Origin: Myxococcota bacterium
GTDB taxonomy: Bacteria > Myxococcota_A > UBA796 > SXON01
Assembly: GCA_040386535.1 (NCBI GenBank)
Contig: JAZKFH010000063.1
Coordinates: forward strand, 40,645 to 104,644
DNA: 64,000 bases
Direction of reading: 5' to 3'
The notes beneath the pieces are model-generated. The model searched no databases and was not told where the DNA came from. It worked only from the letters and a program-made list of their open reading frames with translations. This document shows positions 29,728 to 39,593 of the stretch, one piece after another (position 1 is the first letter of the stretch; the number at the start of each line of letters is the position of its first letter). The position numbers and the translations under genes were made by a program.

Positions 29728-31476
29728 CTACTCCCCGGCGGCGATCGCCGGCGCCAACCGGTAGATCGTGACCTCCGCGTCCATCGACGCGCTCGGGCCG
29801 AGCGTGCGGGCGACACAGGACGCCTCGGTGGGCTGGAGCAGATCCGTGTGCACGGCGATCACGTCGTAGCCCCAGCCGAGGAGCGCGGCGCGGCCCTCCG
29901 CCACCTTCGCGTCCACGGGGCGCTGGAGGAACGCGTCGAGCGGGCGCCCGCCCTCGCGCGCGATCGTCGCGACCGCGGGCTTGCGCAGGCACTGCATCAG
30001 CGTGCGCACGAGGTGGTTCTTGCCGAATTCGGCGGGGAGGAACTGGTTGACGCCGTACGGGATGCGCTTGCCGTGCACGACGGCGAGCGCCTGGTAGTGA
30101 CGGTTGGCGGCGTGGTAGTTGGGAGGGAAGTCCCAGATGCCCGCGACGCTCTCGTCGTCGGAGAGGGAGTCGTACACGGCGGGCGCGGTGATGTCGGCCA
30201 TCGGGAGCGGCCACACCGCGGGGGAGGCCGCGAGGGCCTCGACGAGCACGGCGCCGGCGAGCCCGACGGCGAGGCGGGGGTGGTGGCGCAAGGCGTGCGC
30301 GGCCGCGATGGCGCCGAGCAACATCGGCAGGACGACGAGGCGGTAGGGGTGGTGGACGAAGCGGAAGGGCGAGCCCGGCAGGTAGAGCAGCGTGTCGGGC
30401 AAGGGGACCTGCATGCCGCCGATCCGCACGGGGGCCTGGTTCACGACCAGCGTGGGGCCGAGCGCGAAGACGAGCACGAGCAACAGCGGGAGGCGGAGCG
30501 GGCGCCAGCGCCAGGCGCCGAGGGCGGCGAGCACCATCGCGACCCACCCGAGGTAGTTCACGTGGATGATGCCGTGGTTGCCCATCTTCCGGTTGTCGGG
30601 GAAGTAGTAGTCGCCGGGGCGCACGAACGTGGCGAGATCCGTCGCGGGCAGCGACCGGTAGCTCCAGCCGGGCGCGGACTCCTGGGCGACGACCGCGTCG
30701 GGCGAGCCGAGGGTCCAACCCGCCACCGCCAGGATGGGGCCGGCGAGCACGCCGAACACGAGGAGGACGGTGGCGGCGCGCTCCAGGAGGGCCATGACGG
30801 GCTGGCGCACGCCCTCGCGGCGCCACTCGGCGAGCAGGGCCACTCCGAACAGGAGGCCGCAGAAGGCGGAGTAGTAGAAGTTGCCGAGGGTTGCCCACGC
30901 CCAGCAGCCCGCGGCGAGCAGCGCGTCACGACGGTGGCCGCCGGCGAAGGCGCGGCGGATGAACAGCCAGAACAGCGGGAGCGGGGCGAGGGAGAGGTAC
31001 TCGATGGTGCCGCTGTAGAGCAGGGAGATCGCGTAGGGGCTCGCGCCGAAGATGATCCCGGCGAGGACCGCGGGGCCGCGCGGGTCGGGGGTCCCGTCGC
31101 TCCTTCCGCGCAGCTCGGCGCAGGCCAACGCGTACGCGGCCGCCATCCCGCCCCAGAGCTGCACGAGGATGGCGCACGTGTACCCGACCGCGGCCCCGCC
31201 GAGCAGCTGGAACGGGAGGGACACCGTGGCGCCGATGGGGTCGACGAACCAGAGGAGCCCGCCGTCCGGCCAGTGGGACACCTCGGTGCGGATCGGCACC
31301 TGCCCGCTCACGAGCTCCGCGGCCCACCACCAGTAGCCCCAGTAGTGATCGTAGGCGTCGGACGTGGCGGCGCCCGGGATCGCGGTCCCCAGGTGGAGCA
31401 CGGCGGGCCACGTGACGAGCACCGCGACGGCGGCGAACAGCGCGAGGGGGCCGAGATGCGGGCGGAGCTGCCTCAT
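29728..31476 (-). CDS. Multi-TM GT-C-like membrane protein, paralog B
   Basis: SDAYDHYWGYWW...HWPDG, LALGP-like FALGP, HPYR, WDFP...VHGKRIPYG. Confidence 0.7.
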   Translation of the reverse strand: MRQLRPHLGPLALFAAVAVLVTWPAVLHLGTAIPGAATSDAYDHYWGYWWWAAELVSGQVPIRTEVSHWPDGGLLWFVDPIGATVSLPFQLLGGAAVGYTCAILVQLWGGMAAAYALACAELRGRSDGTPDPRGPAVLAGIIFGASPYAISLLYSGTIEYLSLAPLPLFWLFIRRAFAGGHRRDALLAAGCWAWATLGNFYYSAFCGLLFGVALLAEWRREGVRQPVMALLERAATVLLVFGVLAGPILAVAGWTLGSPDAVVAQESAPGWSYRSLPATDLATFVRPGDYYFPDNRKMGNHGIIHVNYLGWVAMVLAALGAWRWRPLRLPLLLVLVFALGPTLVVNQAPVRIGGMQVPLPDTLLYLPGSPFRFVHHPYRLVVLPMLLGAIAAAHALRHHPRLAVGLAGAVLVEALAASPAVWPLPMADITAPAVYDSLSDDESVAGIWDFPPNYHAANRHYQALAVVHGKRIPYGVNQFLPAEFGKNHLVRTLMQCLRKPAVATIAREGGRPLDAFLQRPVDAKVAEGRAALLGWGYDVIAVHTDLLQPTEASCVARTLGPSASMDAEVTIYRLAPAIAAGE

Positions 31477-33377
31477 CGCTTGACGCCGTGCTCGACCAGA
31501 ATCGACGTGGGGAGCTCGTCGGTCATGCGGCTCGAACCGTCGCCGGTGGAGACGCCCGCGGGCCAGTCCCAGTCGGGCGCGAGCAGGTCGCCGTCCTCAC
31601 GGTGGCCGGCGAGGTCGTAGACGGTGAGCGGGCCGTCGTCGACGGCGGGGGTGCCGAAGACCGCGCCGAGCAGGGTCCGGAGGTGGTCGGGGAGCGCGTC
31701 CACGTCCTTGGCGAACATCTCGTCCCACACGACGATCCAGCGCACGCCGTCGGCCTGGAGCCGCGCGATGTCGGCCACGTCGTACACGAAGCGATCTACC
31801 CGCGCTGGATCGGCGTCGATGGGCAGGCCGCGCTCGAACCGCGCGAGCTCGGTGAGGAAGGGGGAGGCGGCCACGTAGGCGTCCCACGCGGAGGGGCGCA
31901 CGCGATCGACCCACATGGCGTGGCCGTCGAGGAGCCGGTGCCCGTGGAGCGCTTGCAGCGTCAGGTGTTGCTGGCCGATGCGGAGCTCGGGGGCGATCGG
32001 CAGGTCGAGCACGATGCCGTCGGGGAGGGCCCGCATGGCGGTGACGCCGGCGGGGAGGGGATCGGCGATGCGGGAGGTCGCCGCGAGCACGGGGGCGCCG
32101 CGCGCGCGGAGCTCGAGCGGCACGGCCAGGAGCACGATGCCGAGGGTGACGAGGGCCGCGCGAGGCGGGAGCCGATCGAGCACACGCCCGAGGCCGCGGG
32201 CGGCGAGGACGGCCACCGCGAGCGACACGAGCACGGCGTGCCGGTACGGCCACCAGAAGCGCTGGAGCGCCGGGTGGAGGCCGTAGATCCACTGGTAGGG
32301 GAGGTGGCTCTGCTCGGCGGGCCCGTGAAGGGTGACGAGGTAGGGGCCAAGCGACAGGGCCCATCCGAGCACGGCGGTGGCGAGGAAGGCGGGTACGGTC
32401 CAGCCGTGCGGATCCTCGGCGGAGGTTCCGTCGTAAGCGCGACGTCGATCGGCGCGGCGCCTCCACACCTCGGTGGCCCCGAGGAGCAGCAACAACCAGG
32501 AGACGTACGCCGGCACCATCGTCGGCACGTCCGACCACACGGGCCAGCTCCACGGCAAGGAGGCCTGGAGGGAGAACGGATGGGGGAAGCTCTCCGCGGC
32601 CTCGGAGGCGCCCACGACCTCGCTCCAGCCGCGCACGAAGAGCCACAACAACGGACCGACGGTCACGATGGCGGCGACGGCGCCGGCTGCGACCACGCCG
32701 AGACGCTGGCGGGTGTGCGGGCGCGGCGCGAACAGGGTGAGGAGGCCCGCGGCGTAGCCGGCGAACAGCCCATAGTAGAAGTACTCGACCCCCGCGAGGC
32801 CGATGAGCGCCCCGGCCCCGAGCGCGCGCCGCCACGATCCGCGCTCCAGCGCGCCGATCCAGAGGGCGAGCCCCGCCGCCATCTCCCACACCGGCACCTG
32901 CGCGAGCCGCGCCGCGGAGAGCTCGGTCAGCACGAACGGCGAGACGCCGAAGCCCACGCCGCCGACGAGGGCCGCGCGGGGGCTGGCACCGGCAGCGCGC
33001 GCGAGGGCTGTCCCCGCGACGACGTTCAGGACGAGCACCAGGAACAGGTAGACGTTGATGCCGAACGGCGCGCCGAAGGCCCAGGCGAAGGGGGCCGAGA
33101 GCAGCGCGCCCGACGCGTTGCCGGCCAGGAACGGCGCGTCGCCCACGGGCACGTAGTAGGCGTCGTTCTGGAGGAGGGAGCCGCCACTTGCGAGGCGCTC
33201 GGCCACCCAGCCGTAGACCCAGTGGTTCGAGAGCATGTCCGGATGCTCCCAGTCCCCGAACAACCCGCGCGTCGGCTCGGCCCAGACGCCCGCCCCGACG
33301 ACGGCCACGGCAAGGACCGCCACCAGCGTGGTGAGCGCGGCTTCGACGAGGCGGGACGTAGTCGGGAGGCCGGCCAT
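31473..33377 (-). CDS. Multi-TM GT-C-like membrane protein, paralog C
   Basis: PDMLSNHWVYGW...YVPVG, LSLGP, WWPYR, VLDLP...QALHGHRLLDG. Confidence 0.7.
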   Translation of the reverse strand: MAGLPTTSRLVEAALTTLVAVLAVAVVGAGVWAEPTRGLFGDWEHPDMLSNHWVYGWVAERLASGGSLLQNDAYYVPVGDAPFLAGNASGALLSAPFAWAFGAPFGINVYLFLVLVLNVVAGTALARAAGASPRAALVGGVGFGVSPFVLTELSAARLAQVPVWEMAAGLALWIGALERGSWRRALGAGALIGLAGVEYFYYGLFAGYAAGLLTLFAPRPHTRQRLGVVAAGAVAAIVTVGPLLWLFVRGWSEVVGASEAAESFPHPFSLQASLPWSWPVWSDVPTMVPAYVSWLLLLLGATEVWRRRADRRRAYDGTSAEDPHGWTVPAFLATAVLGWALSLGPYLVTLHGPAEQSHLPYQWIYGLHPALQRFWWPYRHAVLVSLAVAVLAARGLGRVLDRLPPRAALVTLGIVLLAVPLELRARGAPVLAATSRIADPLPAGVTAMRALPDGIVLDLPIAPELRIGQQHLTLQALHGHRLLDGHAMWVDRVRPSAWDAYVAASPFLTELARFERGLPIDADPARVDRFVYDVADIARLQADGVRWIVVWDEMFAKDVDALPDHLRTLLGAVFGTPAVDDGPLTVYDLAGHREDGDLLAPDWDWPAGVSTGDGSSRMTDELPTSILVEHGVKR

Positions 33378-33470
33378 CGGGCGCGTGGTAACGCGTGTCG
33401 CGTCGTCCCGCGGGCGCCCGCTGCGACGGGATGGGTCGCGGGTGCTCGCGGTGGGTGGTATTGCGAGGGC

Positions 33471-34511
33471 GTGCGTACCCTCTCCCTGGTCCTCCTCGTC
33501 GCCTGCACCGGTGAGAAGCCGGCGCCCTCGATCCCCGACGCGTGCGCTCTCGAAGACCTCGATCGCGTCGCGATGATCGAGCACGCCATCGACGGCACCG
33601 CGACCGACTGCGAAGTCGAGGGCTTCGCCGCCTTCGTCGAGGAGCGCAAGGCCGACAACGGCCCGTGGAAGCAGGACATCCGCATGGCGTTCTCCGAGGA
33701 CGCCAGCACGTTCACCGCGCTCGACGGCGTGGTGCTCGAGACGGCGGCCGTCCCCGAGGTCGTCCAGACAGAAGACGGCAAGTACTGGATGTTCTACGTC
33801 GACGGTCGGTACGATCGCGCGCTGGAGCTGGCCCAAGAGCGTTCGACGTGGATGGTGACCCACGGCGTGCCGGGGCTCGGGGCGCTCGGGCTAGCGCAAA
33901 GCTACGACGGCCTGACGTTCACGCCGGTCGACGAGTTCATGGTCGAGGGCCTCGTGCGCGGCATGGTGGTCGACCCGGACGTGGTCCGCCAGCCCGACGG
34001 CACGTGGCGCATGTACTACGTCGGGATGACCCCGGAGGAGTACCTCAACTCGGCCACGTGGACCTACCCGGAGTCCCACGAGATCTTCTGGGCGGACTCC
34101 CCCGATCTGGTCCACTGGACCCAGCGGGGCTCGGCCGTGCGGGGGCCCTACGCCGACCCGAGCGTGTTCTGCACCGAGGGCGACAAGTGTGTCATGGCGT
34201 CGTTCGGGCTCGAGTGGGGCCGCTCGACCGACGGCGGCGTGAGCTTCGTGCAGGACGGCGCCTGGGGCGTGGACGGGTTCGCGCCCGAGTTCGTGCGCTT
34301 CGAGGACGGGAGCGCGCGGCTGTTCTACAACAGTGCGGCCGTCGGGGCGCCCGTCCACTCCTTCATCCTCACCGAGGGCGACATCTGGGAGGCCGACGGC
34401 GGCGAGCGGATGCCGGACTCCTACGGAGAGGCGGTCACCTTGGCTCGCGCGGCGCCGACGGGCTGGTACATGTGGTACCACGTCTTCAAGGATGGCAGCG
34501 AACCCATCTGA
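33471..34511 (+). CDS. Lipoprotein with a five-bladed beta-propeller glycoside-hydrolase-like fold
   Basis: LLVAC lipobox; repeated DP.V....DG.WRMYY blades and S.DG..F Asp-boxes. Confidence 0.65.
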   Translation: MRTLSLVLLVACTGEKPAPSIPDACALEDLDRVAMIEHAIDGTATDCEVEGFAAFVEERKADNGPWKQDIRMAFSEDASTFTALDGVVLETAAVPEVVQTEDGKYWMFYVDGRYDRALELAQERSTWMVTHGVPGLGALGLAQSYDGLTFTPVDEFMVEGLVRGMVVDPDVVRQPDGTWRMYYVGMTPEEYLNSATWTYPESHEIFWADSPDLVHWTQRGSAVRGPYADPSVFCTEGDKCVMASFGLEWGRSTDGGVSFVQDGAWGVDGFAPEFVRFEDGSARLFYNSAAVGAPVHSFILTEGDIWEADGGERMPDSYGEAVTLARAAPTGWYMWYHVFKDGSEPI

Positions 34512-34512
34512 A

Positions 34513-35043
34513 TCACTCGCGAATCAGGACCGTCGTGCCCTTCTCCGCCGTCGCGTAGAGCCACGTCATCTGGTCGTTGGAGATCGCGACGCAGCCGTCG
34601 GTCCAGAAGTTGGGCCAGGCCCCGCCGCCGTGCAGGTAGATGTCCCCGCCGAGCGCGGTGTCGCGGGCGGGCATGCCCCCGGCGACATCGGCGGCGACGA
34701 CGCGATCACGGGTGCGGGCGTCGATGCGCCCCGCGGCGAAGGCGTCCTCGGCGTCCTGGGCCTGGGGGTAGTCCAGGCCGAGGGAGAGGTGGAAGGAGGA
34801 CGCGGGGTTCTTGTTGGTGATGCGGAACGTGCCGACGGGCGTGCGCTCGTCGCCCCGCTGCTCCTTGTGACCGACCGGGCTCGCACCGAGCGCGATGGGG
34901 AAACACGCCGGACCCGCGGGGCCGGGGACGACCACCCGGTCGCGGAACACGCCCATCACGAAGTCGGACTTGTCGACCACGATGACGAGGCCGGCCTGGT
35001 CGGGCGCCGCGGGACAGTCGGGGGGGAGCAGGAGGGGGATCAT
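34513..35043 (-). CDS. L,D-transpeptidase (YkuD family)
   Basis: K.QRGDERTP.G.F, SLGLDYP, IYLHGG...WTDGCVA. Confidence 0.9.
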   Translation of the reverse strand: MIPLLLPPDCPAAPDQAGLVIVVDKSDFVMGVFRDRVVVPGPAGPACFPIALGASPVGHKEQRGDERTPVGTFRITNKNPASSFHLSLGLDYPQAQDAEDAFAAGRIDARTRDRVVAADVAGGMPARDTALGGDIYLHGGGAWPNFWTDGCVAISNDQMTWLYATAEKGTTVLIRE

Positions 35044-35092
35044 GCAGTCATCCGACCCGGTTGCGCGCGATTTGTTCCCGTCCCGCTCGAGG

Positions 35093-35710
35093 TCAGCCGA
35101 GGCGTGTCGCGAGGGCGCGGAGCGCGTCGCCGCCGTTGCCGAAGAGCGGCCAGCCGTCCCCGACCAGCACGGTGTCGATGCTGCCGATGGCGGCGAGCTT
35201 TCGCACGGAGGCGACGGCCGCGGCCTTGTCCATCAGCTTCGCGTCCGGGAGGATCATCAGGCTGCCGGCCTTGTGGGCGCGGATGAGGTCACCGGTGATG
35301 AGCGTGGTGCTGTCGAGCACCAGGGCGAGCTCGCCGGGGGTCTTCGACCCATCCACGGTGTGGACCACGAGTCCGGGCACGGGCTCGTCGCCGTCCGAGA
35401 GCCAGCGGTCGCACGGGAAGGGGAACGCGCCCTGCTCGGCGGCGGGGCCCGCGATCTTCGCGCCCGTCCAGGCCGCGATCTCCTGCGCCGCGCGCGTGTG
35501 ATCGGAGGTGGTCAGGATGATGAGCGTGGCCCCGCCGAGGCTCTCGAGGTGCGCGCGGTCGTGCGGCGAGAGCGGCATCGGATCGACGAGCACGTTGCCG
35601 CCCCCGCCCGGCGTCGCGGGGCGCGCCCAGCAGAGCCCGTGAAAGTCGACGTTGCGGGCCTCGTCGAAGGCGGACCAGCTGTAGAGGTCGGGGCGGTGCA
35701 GGGACTTCAT
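35093..35710 (-). CDS. Metallo-beta-lactamase-fold protein with degenerate metal ligands
   Basis: NVLVDP, LTTSDHTR, GSKTPGE, LITGDL, VLVGDG. Confidence 0.75.
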   Translation of the reverse strand: MKSLHRPDLYSWSAFDEARNVDFHGLCWARPATPGGGGNVLVDPMPLSPHDRAHLESLGGATLIILTTSDHTRAAQEIAAWTGAKIAGPAAEQGAFPFPCDRWLSDGDEPVPGLVVHTVDGSKTPGELALVLDSTTLITGDLIRAHKAGSLMILPDAKLMDKAAAVASVRKLAAIGSIDTVLVGDGWPLFGNGGDALRALATRLG

Positions 35711-35802
35711 GCGGGCGACGTAACCGGGGGCTGGGTGAATAGACCGGCCCCCCGGACGTACAGGAGGTACAGGCCTCGCTACGCCTGGCGGAAGGAGATC
35801 AG

Positions 35803-37248
35803 ATGCTGCGATCCTCATGGCGCGTGTTGTTGCTCGGGGCCCTGCTCGTGGGGCCGGCAGTCGCCGGGTCGAGCCGGGCCGCGCCCAAGGAGCGCGAGGG
35901 AAGCGGCTCGGAGTCGCCCCCGCCGAAGAAGCCCGCCCCCGCGAAGCCCGCACCGAAGAAGCCGGCCCCCGCGCCCACGTCCGCCCCGGCGCCGGCTCGG
36001 AACCCGGCGCCGCCGGGGCGGGAGCCCGCGCGGCCCTCGCCGGCCTCTCCCGCGGCACCCGCGCGGCCTGCTCCGGCCCCTGAGCCCGCCCGGCCCGCGC
36101 CCGCCGGCGAGCCCGTCCGTCCCGCGCCGGTCGGCGAGCCCGCCCGCCCCGCTCCGGCCACCGAGCCGGGCCGCCCGGTGTCGCGTGACCCCTCTGAGCG
36201 CACCGACGCGACGCCGGACAGCCGGTCGGACCGCCGGCCCGACGGAAACGCGGACGGCCGCCGTGAGCCCACCAGCCGCGATGCGGCGAGCACCGAGCGG
36301 CGCGGCGCGGCCGTGTCCCGGCCGCGCACCTCGTCGCCCCCGCGCGAGACCGCCCGCGTCCCCTACGAGGGCGCACGCGAGCGCTCGCACCGGCCCGCCT
36401 ACCAGACGCGTGACGCGCGCTATGCGCATCCGCACCCCCGCCACGTGCGCGCCTACGGGCCTTCGGGCCACGGCCGGCCCGAGCGCTATGCCTACCGCAG
36501 CTGGTACACCCACTGGTGGGTGCACCCGCACTACCGGTGGGTGCACACCACCTGGGTGGTGGTGTCGTTCGATTTCACGCCTTCGCCCTGGGAGATGGGC
36601 TGGGCGCCGCCGTCGCGCGCCGGGTGGGCGTGGGTGCCCGGGCACTGGGAGGGCCCGTACTGGGTGCCCGGCCACTGGGCCCCTACACGTGTCGCGCCCT
36701 CCTGGTACGGCGCGCAGTGGGACTGGGTCCCCGGCTTCTGGGTCGGCTCGGCGTACGTCGAGGGCTACTGGCGCCTCGATCAGCGGCGCGACGGCGACTG
36801 GCAGTGGGTCGAGGGCGCCTATCTGCGCGATGGGAACTACGTCCCCGGGCATTGGCGTCCGATGTCGCAGGCGCCCGCCGGGTTCGTCTGGGAGCCCGGC
36901 TTCTGGGACGGCGAGAGCTGGGTCGAGGGGTTCTGGCGCCCGGCGTCGCGGTCCCGCTACGCCTGGGTCGACGCGCGGTACCGCGACGATGGCACCTACG
37001 AGGCTGGCTACTGGGAGCCGCTCGAGGCGCGACCGGGCGCGGTGTGGGTGCCGGGCTGGTTCGACGGCCAGGCCTGGAACGACGGCTACTGGGTGCCCGA
37101 GGAGGAGTACCGCAACGACGACCCGGAGGTGTGGACCGCCCCGGAAGGTGTCGATGACGGGTGGTCCGCGCCCCACGCCGAGGCGCCCTACGGCGAGACC
37201 GAGGACGAGGAGGTGCCCCTGGCGCTCCCCGTCGACGGGGTGCGGTAG
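35803..37248 (+). CDS. Secreted WxxGxW (YXWGXW) repeat protein with a Pro/Ala-rich N-terminal region
   Basis: Signal peptide; PARPAP repeats; about ten WVPG.W / W.EG.W units; AAGGAG RBS. Confidence 0.85.
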   Translation: MLRSSWRVLLLGALLVGPAVAGSSRAAPKEREGSGSESPPPKKPAPAKPAPKKPAPAPTSAPAPARNPAPPGREPARPSPASPAAPARPAPAPEPARPAPAGEPVRPAPVGEPARPAPATEPGRPVSRDPSERTDATPDSRSDRRPDGNADGRREPTSRDAASTERRGAAVSRPRTSSPPRETARVPYEGARERSHRPAYQTRDARYAHPHPRHVRAYGPSGHGRPERYAYRSWYTHWWVHPHYRWVHTTWVVVSFDFTPSPWEMGWAPPSRAGWAWVPGHWEGPYWVPGHWAPTRVAPSWYGAQWDWVPGFWVGSAYVEGYWRLDQRRDGDWQWVEGAYLRDGNYVPGHWRPMSQAPAGFVWEPGFWDGESWVEGFWRPASRSRYAWVDARYRDDGTYEAGYWEPLEARPGAVWVPGWFDGQAWNDGYWVPEEEYRNDDPEVWTAPEGVDDGWSAPHAEAPYGETEDEEVPLALPVDGVR

Positions 37249-37265
37249 CGGCGGGGTACGAAGGG

Positions 37266-37772
37266 CTACTTCTCTTCGCGAAGCACCCGTGGCGCCCAGA
37301 AGCCGCGGAGCTGCATGCCGCTGGAGGTGAGGTCACCCTCCAGCCAGGCCACCCCGCCCTTCTTCCAGGTGTAGACGCGCCCGGCTTCGGCCGAGCCGAG
37401 GGTGAGCAGGCCGAGGAGCTCGCCGAGCCAGGGCTGATGCCCGACCAGGGCCACCTGTTCGCCCGTGAACATCCGCAGCGAGAGCTCGGTGGGCGACGCG
37501 GCGAGGTGGGGCGTGACGAACGCGTCGCCGTCGAGCAGCTCCTGGAGGAGCTCCGCGGTCTGCACCGCGCGGACGAGGGGGCTGTGGTAGACGCGGTCGA
37601 ACGAGATGCCCGCGCGACCGAGCCCGCGTACGACCGAGGCGAACCGGCGTTTCCCCCGCGCGGTGAGGGGGCGGGCGGCGTCCGTGGGATCGACGCCGTC
37701 GGGGAGGCCGTCGGGCACCGGGCCCTCGGGAGAGTCGGCGGCGGCGGCGTGTCGGATCAGGTAGAGATGCAC
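37266..37772 (-). CDS. sixA: Phosphohistidine phosphatase SixA
   Basis: LYLIRHA, RPLT..G, SPLVRAVQTA, LVGHQP, KKGG. Confidence 0.88.
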   Translation of the reverse strand: MHLYLIRHAAAADSPEGPVPDGLPDGVDPTDAARPLTARGKRRFASVVRGLGRAGISFDRVYHSPLVRAVQTAELLQELLDGDAFVTPHLAASPTELSLRMFTGEQVALVGHQPWLGELLGLLTLGSAEAGRVYTWKKGGVAWLEGDLTSSGMQLRGFWAPRVLREEK

Positions 37773-37796
37773 GATCGGCTCCAGTGCGCTCGGCGG

Positions 37797-38107
37797 TCAG
37801 CGGCGTTCTAATCCGGTTCTGGGCCAGCGCACCACCACGACTTCGAGTGGGGCGTCGAGGAGCGCGAGCTCGGTCAGCATCGATGCGGGAGGCGGCCCGC
37901 ACCGGTTCGCCGGGCGTGGCCGAGGGGGAGCGGACGGTAGCCGAGCTCGCGGAACGGCGCGATCCCGGCGCGGCGCTTGATGGCCCCGGACACGCCCTGC
38001 GGCAACAGGAGCCACCAGGGGATCACGTTGCGATTCCAGGCGTTGACGATCGCGTCGACCGGCTGATCGAGCAGGTCGCCGTTGACGACGGTGGGCACGA
38101 TGGGCAT
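37797..38107 (-). pseudogene. Macro-domain (ADP-ribose-binding) gene with an internal deletion and frameshift
   Basis: GDLLDQPVDAIVNAWN...GVSGAI...TGAGRLP stops at 37874; the natural C-terminus (MLTELALLDAPLEVVVVRW) continues in another frame; the HV/FP..G.G core is absent. Confidence 0.75.
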
Positions 38108-38255
38108 CCCCGCGTACGTAGGCGGAACCTCGGCCGGCGGCCAGGGTTCACGCGGTCGGAGCGCTACCTGCACTGAACACTTGCTCACCTCGGGCCCCGC
38201 GATTACATGCCGGCCCCGAATCCTCCGACCCCGGCCCCAGCGCCCGGGAGCGCCC

Positions 38256-39593
38256 ATGTTCTTCTCGTTCGTCGCCTTCGCCTTCGCCCAGGAACCCACC
38301 GCCCTCTCGCTCGAGGAGGCGCTCCGTCGCGCGCAGGCCGCGAGCGAGGACATCGTGTACGCCGAAGCGGGCGTCGAGAGCGCGCGGGGCGACAAGATGG
38401 GCGCCACCAGCGGCCTGCTGCCCCAGGTGTCGGGCTCCGCCAGCTACCAGCACACGTTCGCCTCGGAATACGACGGGCTCTTCGAGACCCCGGACGCTGC
38501 GGACGGCGGCGCGTCGCCGTTCTCGGGGCTGCCGTTCGGGCAGGCCGACACCTACCGGGTCGACCTCGCGCTGTCCCAGACGATCTGGGCCGGCGGGCGC
38601 AACCGCGCGGCGATGCGGATGGCGGACGCCGGGCGGGAGGTCGCGGGCCTCTCGGTCGAGAGCGCCCGCGCCAGCGCTGCCCTCGCCGCCACGCAGGCCT
38701 ACTACGATGCCGCGCTGGCCGATCAGCTGGTGGACATCGCGACGGGAGCGTTGACCCAGGCGGAGACGACGGCCGCCCACGCGAAGCTGGCCCACGAGGT
38801 CGGCCGCCAGCCGGAGTTCGAGTTGGTCCGCGCAGACGTCGAGGTGCAGGCCCAACGCGTGGTCGTGATCCAGCAGACCCGCGTGCGCACGATCGCGCAC
38901 CTCCAGCTCAAGCGCCTGCTCGATCTCCCGCCCGACGCGACCCTTTCGCTCACGACCCCCCTCGACGATGGGACGGGGCCCGCCGAGGCCGCCGCGACCG
39001 TTGCCGCGGTCGGGAGCGGCGCCCGCGCGGCGGTCGAGCAAGCGGAGAAGGCGGTGCGCCTCTCCGAGGCCTCGCTGGCCCTGACGCGATCCCAGCGGTA
39101 CCCGACCCTCGGGGCGTCGGCCAACTACGGGTGGGTGTCGTACCCCTCGAGCGTCGTGCCGGAGTTCGGCGAGGACGCCTGGCGCAACAACTTCACCGCC
39201 GGCCTCGTGCTCTCGGTGCCAATCTTCTCGGGCCTCCGCGTCACCGGAGAGCTGGTGTCGGCCCGCGCCGCGCTCACCCAGGCCGAGGCGCGCCTCTCCC
39301 AGGCGGGCGAGCTCGCCGCGCTCGACACGGCGGACGCCGACGCCGCGATCGTCGCCGCGAGCGCCCAGTGGGACGCGACGGCCGGCACCGTCGCCCAGGC
39401 CGAGCGCGCCTACTCCATCGCCGAGGTGCGCTTCCAGGAGGGGATCTCGACCCAGTCCGAGCTCGCCGACGCACGCCTGCTCCTCCAGCGCGCGCGCGCC
39501 TCCCGCGCTCAAGCCGCGCGGGACCTCCAGATCGCCCGCGTCCGCCTCGCCCTCCTGCCCGCGCTGCCCCTCGGCGGCGCCCAGTCCTACTGA
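38256..39593 (+). CDS. TolC-family outer membrane efflux protein
   Basis: LSLEEAL..A, LLPQV, YPTL, LSVPIFSG, RFQEG; first gene of a tripartite operon. Confidence 0.88.
   Translation: MFFSFVAFAFAQEPTALSLEEALRRAQAASEDIVYAEAGVESARGDKMGATSGLLPQVSGSASYQHTFASEYDGLFETPDAADGGASPFSGLPFGQADTYRVDLALSQTIWAGGRNRAAMRMADAGREVAGLSVESARASAALAATQAYYDAALADQLVDIATGALTQAETTAAHAKLAHEVGRQPEFELVRADVEVQAQRVVVIQQTRVRTIAHLQLKRLLDLPPDATLSLTTPLDDGTGPAEAAATVAAVGSGARAAVEQAEKAVRLSEASLALTRSQRYPTLGASANYGWVSYPSSVVPEFGEDAWRNNFTAGLVLSVPIFSGLRVTGELVSARAALTQAEARLSQAGELAALDTADADAAIVAASAQWDATAGTVAQAERAYSIAEVRFQEGISTQSELADARLLLQRARASRAQAARDLQIARVRLALLPALPLGGAQSY

Noticed and set aside
38174..38187. tgaaca-ct-tgctca operator-like site upstream of the efflux operon
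   Set aside because: Short, imperfect, and no adjacent regulator; could be chance.
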